Source of the DNA: an uncultured virus (IMG/VR IMGVR_UViG_3300017963_004045)
Lineage: Duplodnaviria; Heunggongvirae; Uroviricota; Caudoviricetes
DNA: 64,000 nt
Strand: one strand, 5' to 3'
IMG/VR virus record: IMGVR_UViG_3300017963_004045
The translations under genes and the position numbers were made by a program. Positions 30,895 through 40,407 of this stretch are shown one piece after another. Each line of letters opens with the position of its first letter. Position 1 is the stretch's first letter. The notes under the pieces are model-generated. The model ran no database searches. It saw only the letters and a list, made by a program, of their open reading frames with translations, and was not told the origin of the DNA.

Positions 30895-31554
30895 ATGCAG
30901 AGGCGACAAGGAAATGCGAACAATCGCAAGAAACGGTCAAAAGTTAGGCATAGCAAAGCAGATGCACTTCCCGAAACAGATTTGAGGAAATTGATAGAAG
31001 AAGCGAAATCGGAAATTTTCGATGAACTCGTTGTAACTCTATCGGGATATGAAGGTATGAGAGAAGGAGAGATAGCACACATGGAGAGAGGGTGGATTGA
31101 TTTTCAGAAGGAGGAGATTACTGTTCCAAGTGAACAGCCCTGCCGAGCAATCAAAGGAAAGCCCTGCTCTGAATGTATCAAGAAAAGAGATGGGATTTGG
31201 AAGCCCAAGACACTCGAAGGAGCAAGGGTCATACCTATCAGGATTCAAGCAAAGGATGTAATAAGCCGATATTTCAACGCCTTCCGTAGAGTCGGTTGCA
31301 CACGGCAGACTGTCTACAACCACATCACAGATGTCGCTAAGAGGGTCAAATTGGCTAAGAAAGTCTATCCGCACTCATTGAGGTCTACATCAGCCTCTCT
31401 ATGGGGGCTTACGGGCATATCTGCCCCGTCCCTGTGCAAAATCATGGGATGGAAGAACATCACTTCCGCACTGCCCTATGTAACGGCTGATACGGACACT
31501 GCGTTGAAGGAAGCGAAGGCGAAAGACAAGAAGCATTTCTATGGAGAGGATTGA
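30895..31554 (+). CDS. Tyrosine recombinase/integrase, SNJ2-like (catalytic domain only, Cys-rich insertion)
   Basis: Catalytic set GMREGEI (R), WKPKT (K), YPHSLR (HxxR), MGW (W), LPY (Y). The PC..x..PCSEC insertion before WxPKT resembles SNJ2-family integrases. ATG is 5 nt after the motif at 30881. Confidence 0.88.
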   Translation: MQRRQGNANNRKKRSKVRHSKADALPETDLRKLIEEAKSEIFDELVVTLSGYEGMREGEIAHMERGWIDFQKEEITVPSEQPCRAIKGKPCSECIKKRDGIWKPKTLEGARVIPIRIQAKDVISRYFNAFRRVGCTRQTVYNHITDVAKRVKLAKKVYPHSLRSTSASLWGLTGISAPSLCKIMGWKNITSALPYVTADTDTALKEAKAKDKKHFYGED

Positions 31555-32137
31555 TATGAGTAAGAATAAAATTGAAGGAATGAACCCGAATGTCGATTGC
31601 ACGACAGAGGGACTTCATGTGGGGCAGGTGTGCGATTACAAGGAAGGTCTCCCTACAGTCATATTGCAGGTCGAGATACTTGGAATTGAAGAGGAGAATA
31701 AAGGTCACAGAATCATTTTCAAGATTCTGAAGAGTCCCACAGACCCGAAGGCAGTTGGACAGACATCAAGCATCTGGAATGCTGGAATCGAGGAAGGGGA
31801 GCAAGGCTACTACTACGGTGGAATGGGACGCTTCTCCGACAAGGGAACACATGTCAGGGAGGAATAATCATGGTAAAGACTGAGAGAGGGGTCAACATTG
31901 ACTGGAACAACGAGATTGTAGAACGGGGCTTCAAGCAAGAGGTGGGGCAGTGCTTCGTCATGGACGCTGACATCGAACACCCTGACGGCAGTGAAATGCA
32001 GATGAGACTCAACATATGTCGGAAGAGCGAAGATGAATTGACAATGACGGGGGCTATGGAATTTGACCGAGAAGGTCTCACGCAGATAAACAGCACCTAC
32101 AAGAAAAATCAACCCATGCCGAAGGAGGATTGATTCA

Positions 32138-32644
32138 ATGAGTGGGGAAAAGTATGCGGAAGAGCACAAGAAAGTCAAAGACATCATCGACAGAATGTGC
32201 AAAGAGGCGGGTTCAACGGCTGTTGTAATATCCTACATTGGGAAAGAACTCGACATGGACAGCAGGGTTGTCAACGGTCATTTGAGAGTAATGGAGATAG
32301 ATGGCGTTGGGGAGATAATAATTCAAGGAGACCGCCCACACATCTTCAAAATGCGGGATAAAGATTATTTCTATCAAACCTATCGAAAATGTTTGAAGCG
32401 ACTCTCAAAGCACCTTATGGGCAGGAAAGCCTTCGACTCTATTGTAGAACACAGTTACGGTGTGCCGATAACTGCGATGGAGTTAGCCAAGTTAGGAAAT
32501 CACTCCTTGAGAGATACCATGAAGGGGCTTGATAATTTGCTGACTTACGCTGGAGAACTCGTCAGAATAACACAGGTGGGAAATGTAGACCGCTATTACA
32601 TTCCAAGAATTTACTGTGAACTTCATAAAGCAGGAGGGAGATGA
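32138..32644 (+). CDS. Tandem winged-HTH-like protein
   Basis: ISYIGKELDMDSRVVNGHLRVME and TAMELAKLGNHSLRDTMKGLDNL. Confidence 0.55.
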   Translation: MSGEKYAEEHKKVKDIIDRMCKEAGSTAVVISYIGKELDMDSRVVNGHLRVMEIDGVGEIIIQGDRPHIFKMRDKDYFYQTYRKCLKRLSKHLMGRKAFDSIVEHSYGVPITAMELAKLGNHSLRDTMKGLDNLLTYAGELVRITQVGNVDRYYIPRIYCELHKAGGR

Positions 32645-32648
32645 TATT

Positions 32649-33107
32649 ATGGGACACTGTGAGATATGCGAACAGGACATCATCGAGGATGGGATTTGTA
32701 GTGATTGCGTAGAGGAGGCACAAGAAATAGGCATCAAAATATTGCAGGAGAGGAAAGATAAACCTCAATCCAGCATCGAGGAATACGAGAAGAGCCGTGA
32801 GAGGCAGTGTCTGGAGAAGTTAATGGAAATGCTCTACGGCAACAGGCAGATAACTCTCAAGAGCGATTTCGAGAAGCCTTACGAACTAACATTCGTTGAA
32901 TTGAGCACAGAGAAGGAGGATTACGGGCAACCGCAATCCCAAGTCCACACCCATTGCTCTGTCGATACCCATGAAGAGATGAACCAAGATAGTATCGACA
33001 TGGCTGTGGAATCGTTCATCAACCACATCATCGGGGATAAGGGCGGTCTGAATTGGCACATGGACTTCGAGAAGGTCAAAGAGCCACCGCACAAGATGGA
33101 GGAATAA
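32649..33107 (+). CDS. Hypothetical protein with N-terminal zinc finger
   Basis: CEIC and CSDC. Confidence 0.6.
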   Translation: MGHCEICEQDIIEDGICSDCVEEAQEIGIKILQERKDKPQSSIEEYEKSRERQCLEKLMEMLYGNRQITLKSDFEKPYELTFVELSTEKEDYGQPQSQVHTHCSVDTHEEMNQDSIDMAVESFINHIIGDKGGLNWHMDFEKVKEPPHKMEE

Positions 33108-33718
33108 GCATGGAAATCAAGAAGTTCGAGAAGGTAAAGATAAAATCAACTGGTGAAATAGTCACCGCATTGGCAGAGAATCATGGTCGAGGAATATTTC
33201 ACTTCAGGAAGGAAGATGGTGAGCAAGGTCTGTTCTTAGGCAGTATTGAGGAAGAGATTGAGCAACTCGAACCCAGACTACCAGAGACAAGGATGGTTGG
33301 CTTCAAGATACCGAACCACTACTGCCGACACTATGTAGAGCCATTCGGTTGCAACAAGGACAAGGAACTTCATACATGTTGCATCGAGGAATGCACCATG
33401 CCAGATGTATTCTTGGGCATTGACCCGACCAAGCATGTTGAACTGAAGGAGAAGGAGTAAGATGGGAAGGTTGAGCCGTGAAGAGCAGAGGGAATGGGAC
33501 GAACTCAACATCCCGCCCAGTGCAACGATTGTCATCAAGAAGTTCGAGGACAATCCGAAGCAACTGATACCATTCCACGAGTTCCACCATCTGATAGGAT
33601 ACCCAATAAACTCTGCGTTCAGGTGCGGTGCAATCTGGCTAATGAAAATCAACGATGAATTACATTTGAAATTGACGAAGAAGGGAAAGAGAGTATTGGA
33701 ACTGATGGAGGTCTGAAT

Positions 33719-34138
33719 ATGGTGATAGAAGTCAAGGACGAGTTTGAGGCGACAGTGAAGAGGTTCAAGGTAGAGGAAGAGTTCAAAGAATGGTTCATCC
33801 AGAAACTCAGAGCACTGAGAGGCTCGGAATTCCGTAAGGAAGGAGACTGGTATATGGACAGAATCCACGAGCAGGTTTCAACACCCGTTAAAACAATATT
33901 CGGCAAGAAGGAAATGAAGGTATGGAAAGGGTTCTGCCACATATACTTCGATGTTGATGAGGACGACCAAAGCGTTCTCTACATCAGAATTCGTGTAAAC
34001 AAGAGGGAGGACATTCCCTTAGTAGAAAAGATTCTCAAAGACTCGAAATGGGATACAGATGACCGCTTCCATATCACTATAGAGTGGGACTTTGGCTACT
34101 CAGAGACCCATAGGAAGGTAGTTTCAGGAGAACTTTAG
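33719..34138 (+). CDS. Hypothetical protein
   Basis: GGAGGT RBS, 139 aa. Confidence 0.65.
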   Translation: MVIEVKDEFEATVKRFKVEEEFKEWFIQKLRALRGSEFRKEGDWYMDRIHEQVSTPVKTIFGKKEMKVWKGFCHIYFDVDEDDQSVLYIRIRVNKREDIPLVEKILKDSKWDTDDRFHITIEWDFGYSETHRKVVSGEL

Positions 34139-34957
34139 ATGGCAGAAGAGGAGATGAGTATCGAGAGAAGAACCGAACTCATGATGAGAGCCAGTATGCG
34201 AAACTGGTGGGAAGTAGTCAAGGATTTGGATATACCAATGCCAAAGACTGTGTTATTTCCCCTGAATAAGTCGGATACCATCGCCCTTCACTGCATGACA
34301 GAGAGACCAATTCCCGATAAATTAAAAGAGGACTTGGTATTGGCAGGGGATTCCATAGGTTATCCACTATTTCTAAGGACTGACCAGACATCATGTAAGC
34401 ACGACTGGGAAGAGACTTGCTATGTAGAGAGCAGGGATGTATTATTCCAGCATATCCACAACCTCATAGATGTCAGTAGCATGTTAGGGGGCATGGGTCT
34501 ACCAACATATGCTCTGGTATTCAGAGAATTCATACCGATGGACACTCAGTTCATGGCGTTCAAGGGGATGCCAGTCAACCCAGAGAGGAGATATTTCGCT
34601 GAGGGTGGTGTCATAAACTGCGTCCATCACTATTGGGTAAAAGGTGCAATCAGGTTCTATGGCAGACCAGAGCCAGAGGGATGGCAGGAGAGACTGTCTC
34701 AGATGAACGCAGAGGCTGAGGCAGAGAATCGAAAGATGGATGAATACGCAAAGGCAATTTCCATCAGGCTCTCCAAATGCATCGGTGAGGATTGGTCAAT
34801 CGACTTCTGCAAGGGCAAGGATGGAGTCTGGTATTTCATTGATTGTGCTCCAGCCCCAATCTCATGGCATCCGTTACACGAAGGGGAGAAAGACCCTGAA
34901 ATAGAGAAATACGAATCAATATTTGGCGATTTGATAGGAGGGAAGGAAGATGAATAA
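34139..34957 (+). CDS. ATP-grasp-like protein
   Basis: PMPKT, YPLFLRTD..SCKH, VFREFI, ERRYF and WSIDF...WYFID motifs fit the ATP-grasp fold. Confidence 0.55.
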   Translation: MAEEEMSIERRTELMMRASMRNWWEVVKDLDIPMPKTVLFPLNKSDTIALHCMTERPIPDKLKEDLVLAGDSIGYPLFLRTDQTSCKHDWEETCYVESRDVLFQHIHNLIDVSSMLGGMGLPTYALVFREFIPMDTQFMAFKGMPVNPERRYFAEGGVINCVHHYWVKGAIRFYGRPEPEGWQERLSQMNAEAEAENRKMDEYAKAISIRLSKCIGEDWSIDFCKGKDGVWYFIDCAPAPISWHPLHEGEKDPEIEKYESIFGDLIGGKEDE

Positions 34958-35336
34958 AGAATACGACTGGAGAAACTTCGAGAAGGACAAGGAGAACGCA
35001 ATCTTGGTCAGGTGTTTCGGTGTCGATGACGACAAGGTAAGGAACATTGGTGCGGAGAAGCCCGTTCAATTATGGAGAAAAGGTAAGTTCGTAACCGAAA
35101 TGACCAAGACTGTGGAAATTCTCAACGAGAAGATTGGGAAGGGAATATGGCAGAACTACCCTCTCGTTGACTATTACGATGCCTGTCCCGTCTGCGGGAA
35201 ACTGATGAGAGTCCAAGCAATCAGGGGGACAACTTGGTTAGCCTGTTGTTCTAAAGATTGCTATACAACATATGTTGATGAGCACCCAAATATGTTCTTC
35301 AGGGATGAGCAGGAGGAGAGCCAAGATGATAAATAA
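34950..35336 (+). CDS. Hypothetical protein with CPVC...CCSKDC finger
   Basis: Tiled ORF. Confidence 0.6.
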   Translation: MNKEYDWRNFEKDKENAILVRCFGVDDDKVRNIGAEKPVQLWRKGKFVTEMTKTVEILNEKIGKGIWQNYPLVDYYDACPVCGKLMRVQAIRGTTWLACCSKDCYTTYVDEHPNMFFRDEQEESQDDK

Positions 35337-35672
35337 ATGCGGTAAGACAGTAAATGCCGAGAATGTTGCTGGACTACTTGTGCACTCATTTAAAATAAAT
35401 GAGAATGGAAAGCACGAAAATGATTTCATTCACATATGCGAACTTGAAGAGGGTCATGAGGGAAACCATGTTTGCAGTTGTGGAGTAGCATTCCCAGATG
35501 AAGAGGTTCTGAATGAAATCCAACTGGAGAACCTGAAGGCAAAGCACCAGACTCTCTTGAGGCAGGAGATGAGGCTCAAGGATGAGACAATAGAGATGGA
35601 GAAGAAGTTGGACGACAAGAGGAAAGAGATTGGGGTTATCAGAGATAAGATTCAAGAATTAGTCGAGGAGGA

Positions 35673-36278
35673 ATGAACATGTCTGAAAAGATTTCAATAG
35701 AGAGGCTACACGAATTGATGAGAGCCGACAAGTTCTGTCGGGAGATGGGCTTAGACCTGCGTAGAGTGAAGGAATTCGATGGGGAGATACTCAAGGCAGT
35801 CTCTAACGCTTTAGTCAAGAAATACGGGCACAAGATAGTCTCTAACAAGGAAATTGGAGAGATGGTCTCTCTGATGATGGATTTGGAGAGCAAGTATCGG
35901 GAACTCTTGGACGACAAGGACAAGCCCTCAGCCTATCGCACACTGGAGCAGGAAATCCAAGACCTGTGGCGAAGCAGGAACATGGAAGTAAAGCAAATAG
36001 AGGTTAAAGGTCTCGAAGGCAACGATATGCAATGGTGTATCACTGCCGATACCAAACGAACACCCGTTGAAATGGAACAAATGATAGAGTCCTACACACT
36101 CACGCTGAAAGTCGTAAAGGTGAATGTCCCAGAGAGCAAACCTTGTGCGTCATATAATGAAGGCTTCGCCACACCGAACCCCGACTACTTCGATGACTGC
36201 CTATGTTTGGGTTGCTCGTTCTTCTTTATCTGCCAAGATTTGAAGGTCAAACAAATCAGTATTGATAGGATGGGATAA
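35673..36278 (+). CDS. Hypothetical protein
   Basis: 201-aa ORF with GAGGAGG RBS. Confidence 0.65.
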   Translation: MNMSEKISIERLHELMRADKFCREMGLDLRRVKEFDGEILKAVSNALVKKYGHKIVSNKEIGEMVSLMMDLESKYRELLDDKDKPSAYRTLEQEIQDLWRSRNMEVKQIEVKGLEGNDMQWCITADTKRTPVEMEQMIESYTLTLKVVKVNVPESKPCASYNEGFATPNPDYFDDCLCLGCSFFFICQDLKVKQISIDRMG

Positions 36279-36279
36279 A

Positions 36280-36741
36280 ATGCAGGATGTAGAGGCACAG
36301 ATTGAGAGAGCCAGAAACCCAGATGTCCAAGACCTATGGGACAGATATGTATATGAAATGAAAGACTGGGAGACTATAGGTATCAAGGGATTCTTGGAAT
36401 GGCTGAATGAAAACGGCTTTGTAAAACTGAGAGGAAACAAACTCGAAGCCACAGTTCTGCCGAATGGAATGACCTTCATGCAATGGAAGAAAGCCAGAAT
36501 AAGCCTGAAGGACAGATTCATAAGGAAAGGGGGATTCATCGGTGCGTCCATTGGAATTCCTGTCACGGTTTTCATCTTCTACAATAATACAACACACATA
36601 CTGGGAATCATATTGATAGGTCTCATAGGGGGTCTCGTAGGGGCGATTGTTGGGGCATTCATAGGAAGTTGGATTGCAGACCTCAAGAATTGGCGAAAGA
36701 ACAGAAAAGCCGAATACGAGCAATACAGGAAGGGAGAGTGA
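36280..36741 (+). CDS. Membrane protein with glycine-zipper TM helices
   Basis: GGFIGASIG and GLIGGLVGAIVGAFIG (GxxxG repeats). Confidence 0.7.
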   Translation: MQDVEAQIERARNPDVQDLWDRYVYEMKDWETIGIKGFLEWLNENGFVKLRGNKLEATVLPNGMTFMQWKKARISLKDRFIRKGGFIGASIGIPVTVFIFYNNTTHILGIILIGLIGGLVGAIVGAFIGSWIADLKNWRKNRKAEYEQYRKGE

Positions 36742-37920
36742 TACATTGTCCAAGAAGAAGAAAGGTTGGTTCGTTGCAGTCCCGTTGACCCCTCATCTGA
36801 AATGCCCCTATTCATGGGAAGGGACGGTAGCGGGGAAAAGAATGTGCTCCCACCATAAGAACAATAACAAACCCTGTGAACACGACAGTTGCCCAATAAG
36901 AAGAACATTAAGGTGGGGTAAGCCAGAGGAGGAGAAAAAGGGCTGTTCAGTGACCATGTTCACCAACAATATAGAATATTTGGAGAGGATGAACGGGAAG
37001 AAGGTCGTAAAGCCTGAGATAGTTAACGAGATGTTAAATTTGCTTGGCGAAGTCGAGAGACTCCACGCCTCACTTCCAGATGTAACGGATGTTGAAACCC
37101 TATACTGTCCCAAATGCAAGTCAGAGCAGGAGATGAGTTACGATGGCAACTATACCTGTCAGAAATGCGGATATAGTTTCGCAGGAAACCCCCCAGAAAT
37201 CAGAGCCGAATTGAAGGCAGGGGAGGAGAAATAAGATGGCTAAGAACCCATGCAGAGGGTGTGTCCGTGTCGGATTCAAGAAGGAACGCAAAACTCGTGT
37301 TAGAGGCGAGTTCCTTCCGATACCGATGAAGCGTTGCCATGTTTGTATCCGAAACCCGAAGGTCAGGGCGAAGAAGGGCTGGAGCAGTGCCTTCTGGCTT
37401 AGATACAAGGACTACTACTTGTCTAAGGAAGAGTTTACTCATGACAAGGCATACCGAAGGGGCATGGGTGCAGTCTGCGATGACGGTCACGGTGGCAGGT
37501 TGCTACATCACAACACCCGTTCAAGTTATACAAAGAGAGAACGCAAGTTCCTGAAGAAGCGTGGACACGCACTAAGGAGGCAATAATATGGCAGACTGGA
37601 AATGCGGATACTGTGGAGCATTGAACGATGAGAGGACATACAAGAACAGGTGCAGGGTCTGTAACAGGAGCAGGGAAGAGCATGAGATAAAGCCAAGAGG
37701 TAGATAGCATGGGAAAGAAGTGTAAGCACAACGCATTGATAAAGCGATTTCAGGGGCAAGGCAAGTTCGGGGAGCAAGAAGGCTATTGCTCTCAACAATG
37801 CAAGAAGATGGTGAAGGTATTTGTGCCGAAACCAAAGGAAGATGAACTGAGCCAGTGTCCGCACTGTCTTTGCATGACCAAGACGATTGCTGGAAAATGT
37901 CTCAAATGTAAGAAGGAGAA

Positions 37921-38571
37921 GTGATTCAAATGGGTGGAAGATACATAGTAACTGGTGCTGAACTTGGGATATTGATTGCAACGCCAGACCAATCGAGGAG
38001 GTCAGAATTGGTGGATGAAATAATCGCAAAGGGATACCTCTGCGATGACATCCCAATCGAAGAACTGGTCAAGCAGTTGAGACCACTCAAAAGAGAGGAA
38101 TACATCATTCACATGATGGCTCTCATGCTCGGAGACGACATAGAGGTAGATGGGAAGATGGTCAGGAGTCTGAAATGTTTTGACGCTCAGCAAATGCTAT
38201 TCATAATAATGAAGAGGCTTGAGGAACAGGGCATCAAGTTAATCATTCCATATTATTGGTCAACACATGGAATAAGGATAGAACTCAACCAATTGGTAGA
38301 GATGTATCCGAAGATAAAATGGACTTGCTACAAGCACGAGTTTGAGAACTGCCCATATAAACTGGAATGCGACTTCAAAGGTAAATACATGGGTCAGAAA
38401 CAAGAGATAGTTAAAAAGTCTCAAGGCGTATGGGAGGGCTGTGGTCACAAGGTAAGGGCAGTCATTTTGGACAACAACCCATTTTCTGTGTCGAGTCATC
38501 TTGGTTATCTTGAGAACAATCCAAAGAATCTATGCCATGAATGTTGGCTGAAGGATAATGAGGAGAAGTGA
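37921..38571 (+). CDS. Hypothetical protein
   Basis: 216-aa ORF with Cys-rich C-terminus. Confidence 0.6.
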   Translation: MIQMGGRYIVTGAELGILIATPDQSRRSELVDEIIAKGYLCDDIPIEELVKQLRPLKREEYIIHMMALMLGDDIEVDGKMVRSLKCFDAQQMLFIIMKRLEEQGIKLIIPYYWSTHGIRIELNQLVEMYPKIKWTCYKHEFENCPYKLECDFKGKYMGQKQEIVKKSQGVWEGCGHKVRAVILDNNPFSVSSHLGYLENNPKNLCHECWLKDNEEK

Positions 38572-38739
38572 AATCATGGTAAATGCAGAGGAAGTAGCCA
38601 AAGTCAACGCTGAGGCAATAATCGGGAATGTGAATCTCATGTATCAAAATAACACTGCAAGAAGATATTATCTGGCTCTCTTGGATGGGCTGAAGCCAGA
38701 GTTGGTAAAGAGAGGCATCAGGATAATCGTAGATGAGGT

Positions 38740-39408
38740 GTGAACATGATAGTCTATCATAACTGTCCAGAAAATCAAATGCGACTCTTCGATGAGCAGA
38801 AGGAGTGGGACGGCAAAGGAGGTGGAATCGTGGAGTTCAATACTGACGCAGAAGGCAATACGATTGCCGTCTGTCGAGATTGCGGACTGGTAATACCATC
38901 TGACGAAATGCCAAAGACAGTCCCTATAACAGCAATCCAACTATCAGAAGAAGAGATATTTGAACTCTGGGACACAATCGTATGGGTCTTGACTGAGCCA
39001 ACAGAATTCGATGATGAAGAGCAGAATCGAGTCTTGGAAGGTATAAGGAAGAAACTAACAATCGTTGGAAGCGAAATACCAGAACAAGAGCAAACCCCAA
39101 TTAAGGTAATCTCAATAAAGGACTTCCAGAAGAGGATGACGGAATCAGATAGAGTGACTGGAGTGGAACTATGTTGGAACTATAGTTCAATGCCAAAGAA
39201 GATTCTCATAGAACTCGCAAAGGACAAGAAAGTAGTCGAGAAGATGTATGAGAAAGCACTTAAGAACCCCATGAGAATTCCACATCTGATACAATCTGCA
39301 ACCCTATTGCTGATGAAAGAGATGAACACAGACTGTCTGGAACTGAGAAGCGATGAAGGTCACATAATAAAGATAAAGGTAAAAAAACCGAAGGAGGTGG
39401 AGACTTAA
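38740..39408 (+). CDS. Hypothetical protein with TFIIB-like zinc-ribbon pattern near the N-terminus
   Basis: IVEFNTDAEGNTIAVCRDCGLVI. Confidence 0.6.
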   Translation: MNMIVYHNCPENQMRLFDEQKEWDGKGGGIVEFNTDAEGNTIAVCRDCGLVIPSDEMPKTVPITAIQLSEEEIFELWDTIVWVLTEPTEFDDEEQNRVLEGIRKKLTIVGSEIPEQEQTPIKVISIKDFQKRMTESDRVTGVELCWNYSSMPKKILIELAKDKKVVEKMYEKALKNPMRIPHLIQSATLLLMKEMNTDCLELRSDEGHIIKIKVKKPKEVET

Positions 39409-39409
39409 T

Positions 39410-39591
39410 AGCGAGGTAGGATAGCATGGTCAATTCCATCAGGCTCATAATAGGATATAGTCAGTAGGTTTCTGCCCTGAATCCTCCACTGGCATGTTCA
39501 ACAAAATCAAGGTATTGGGTTCACCCCGAACTTAACACCTCCGAAAATATGAGATACCTGAATAGCAGTGGTTCAAATCCACTCCTCGCTA
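39410..39591 (+). tRNA. tRNA-Met (CAT), initiator-type, with a 106-nt intron at 37/38 (39450..39555)
   Basis: Acceptor AGCGAGG/CCTCGCT plus A with an A1-U72 pair; anticodon stem TCAGG/CCTGA; CAT at 39446-39448; T arm AGTGG-TTCAAAT-CCACT; BHB helix CTCA/TGAG with 3-nt bulges; CCA not encoded. Confidence 0.92.
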
Positions 39592-39593
39592 TA

Positions 39594-39680
39594 GGTGGTT
39601 TGGCGATGACGACAGAATGGAGAACTGACGCTTGGCTAAGCGAATGATGAAGAGGTGAACCGCATAGCCAAACCATCACC
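39594..39680 (+). ncRNA. Candidate box C/D-like sRNA directly downstream of the tRNA
   Basis: Terminal stem GGTGGTTTGGC/GCCAAACCATC; C ATGACGA (39606), D' CTGA (39625), internal hairpin CGCTT/AAGCG, C' ATGATGA (39644); terminal D box non-canonical. Confidence 0.5.
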
Positions 39681-39927
39681 AATATTGGACTGAGGTGAAA
39701 TATATGGAAAATGAAGAAATTCGGAAACTTGTGCTTGAGAAAGGGAACGGGCTGAAAATCGGCAGTTGTGACAACATCCGAACAGATGATGAAGATTCCA
39801 TAGTAACTCTTCACACCTGCCGAATCGGTAGTCAAGACTTCGATGTTGATGTCGTGACAGTAGACAAGGAAAGCGGACAAAGGACAGAGAAAGGCAAACT
39901 GGTCATTCGGGACGGTCAGATAACAGA

Positions 39928-40383
39928 GTGAAATCGCCTATAGGAGTTGGTCAGATGAGGAAATTAAACACAAATGAGACGCACCCTGAATACTGGAAGT
40001 TCCACGAGAAGAGGCTCTTGGCAGAGGTCAAGGAACTCGGTCTAAAGGCAGACTTCCTGCACACCCGTAGCACCAGAGTTACAGAAAACAAGAAAGGAGT
40101 ATCCATTGATGTCCCAATGCCACGACCCTTTGCCGATAGACCAGACAGGTTCTATACAGACATTACAGGGGCATATCTCTGGACAGAGGAAGAACTGGAA
40201 AGGCTTAAGGAATTCAAGAAAGAGCACCCCGATGACGAGAGCAATGTATATCAACCAGTAGCGGAAGGTAGAGCATACTGTTCCCATCTGGACAACTTCA
40301 GCAAAAGGATTGGCAGAACCATCGCCCTCGACAGGGCATTGGAGTCTTACCGTGAGAAAACCAAAGAACAGGGAAATAACTAA
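39928..40383 (+). CDS. Hypothetical phage-type protein (CSxxDNFxKxxGRxIAL motif)
   Basis: AYCSHLDNFSKRIGRTIALDRAL; stop overlaps the motif at 40382. Confidence 0.65.
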   Translation: MKSPIGVGQMRKLNTNETHPEYWKFHEKRLLAEVKELGLKADFLHTRSTRVTENKKGVSIDVPMPRPFADRPDRFYTDITGAYLWTEEELERLKEFKKEHPDDESNVYQPVAEGRAYCSHLDNFSKRIGRTIALDRALESYREKTKEQGNN

Positions 40384-40407
40384 CACCCGTTGAAACGGGG
40401 GGATTAT

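Noticed and set aside
30500..31900. tRNA-derived attP next to the recombinase
   Set aside because: No tRNA 3'-half or T-arm fragment is visible near the gene, and no duplicate of the 39410 tRNA sequence was seen
37921..38571. Panacea/SocA-like antitoxin (IPYYWSTHG)
   Set aside because: Resemblance rests on one short motif lacking the GP signature; too weak without a profile search
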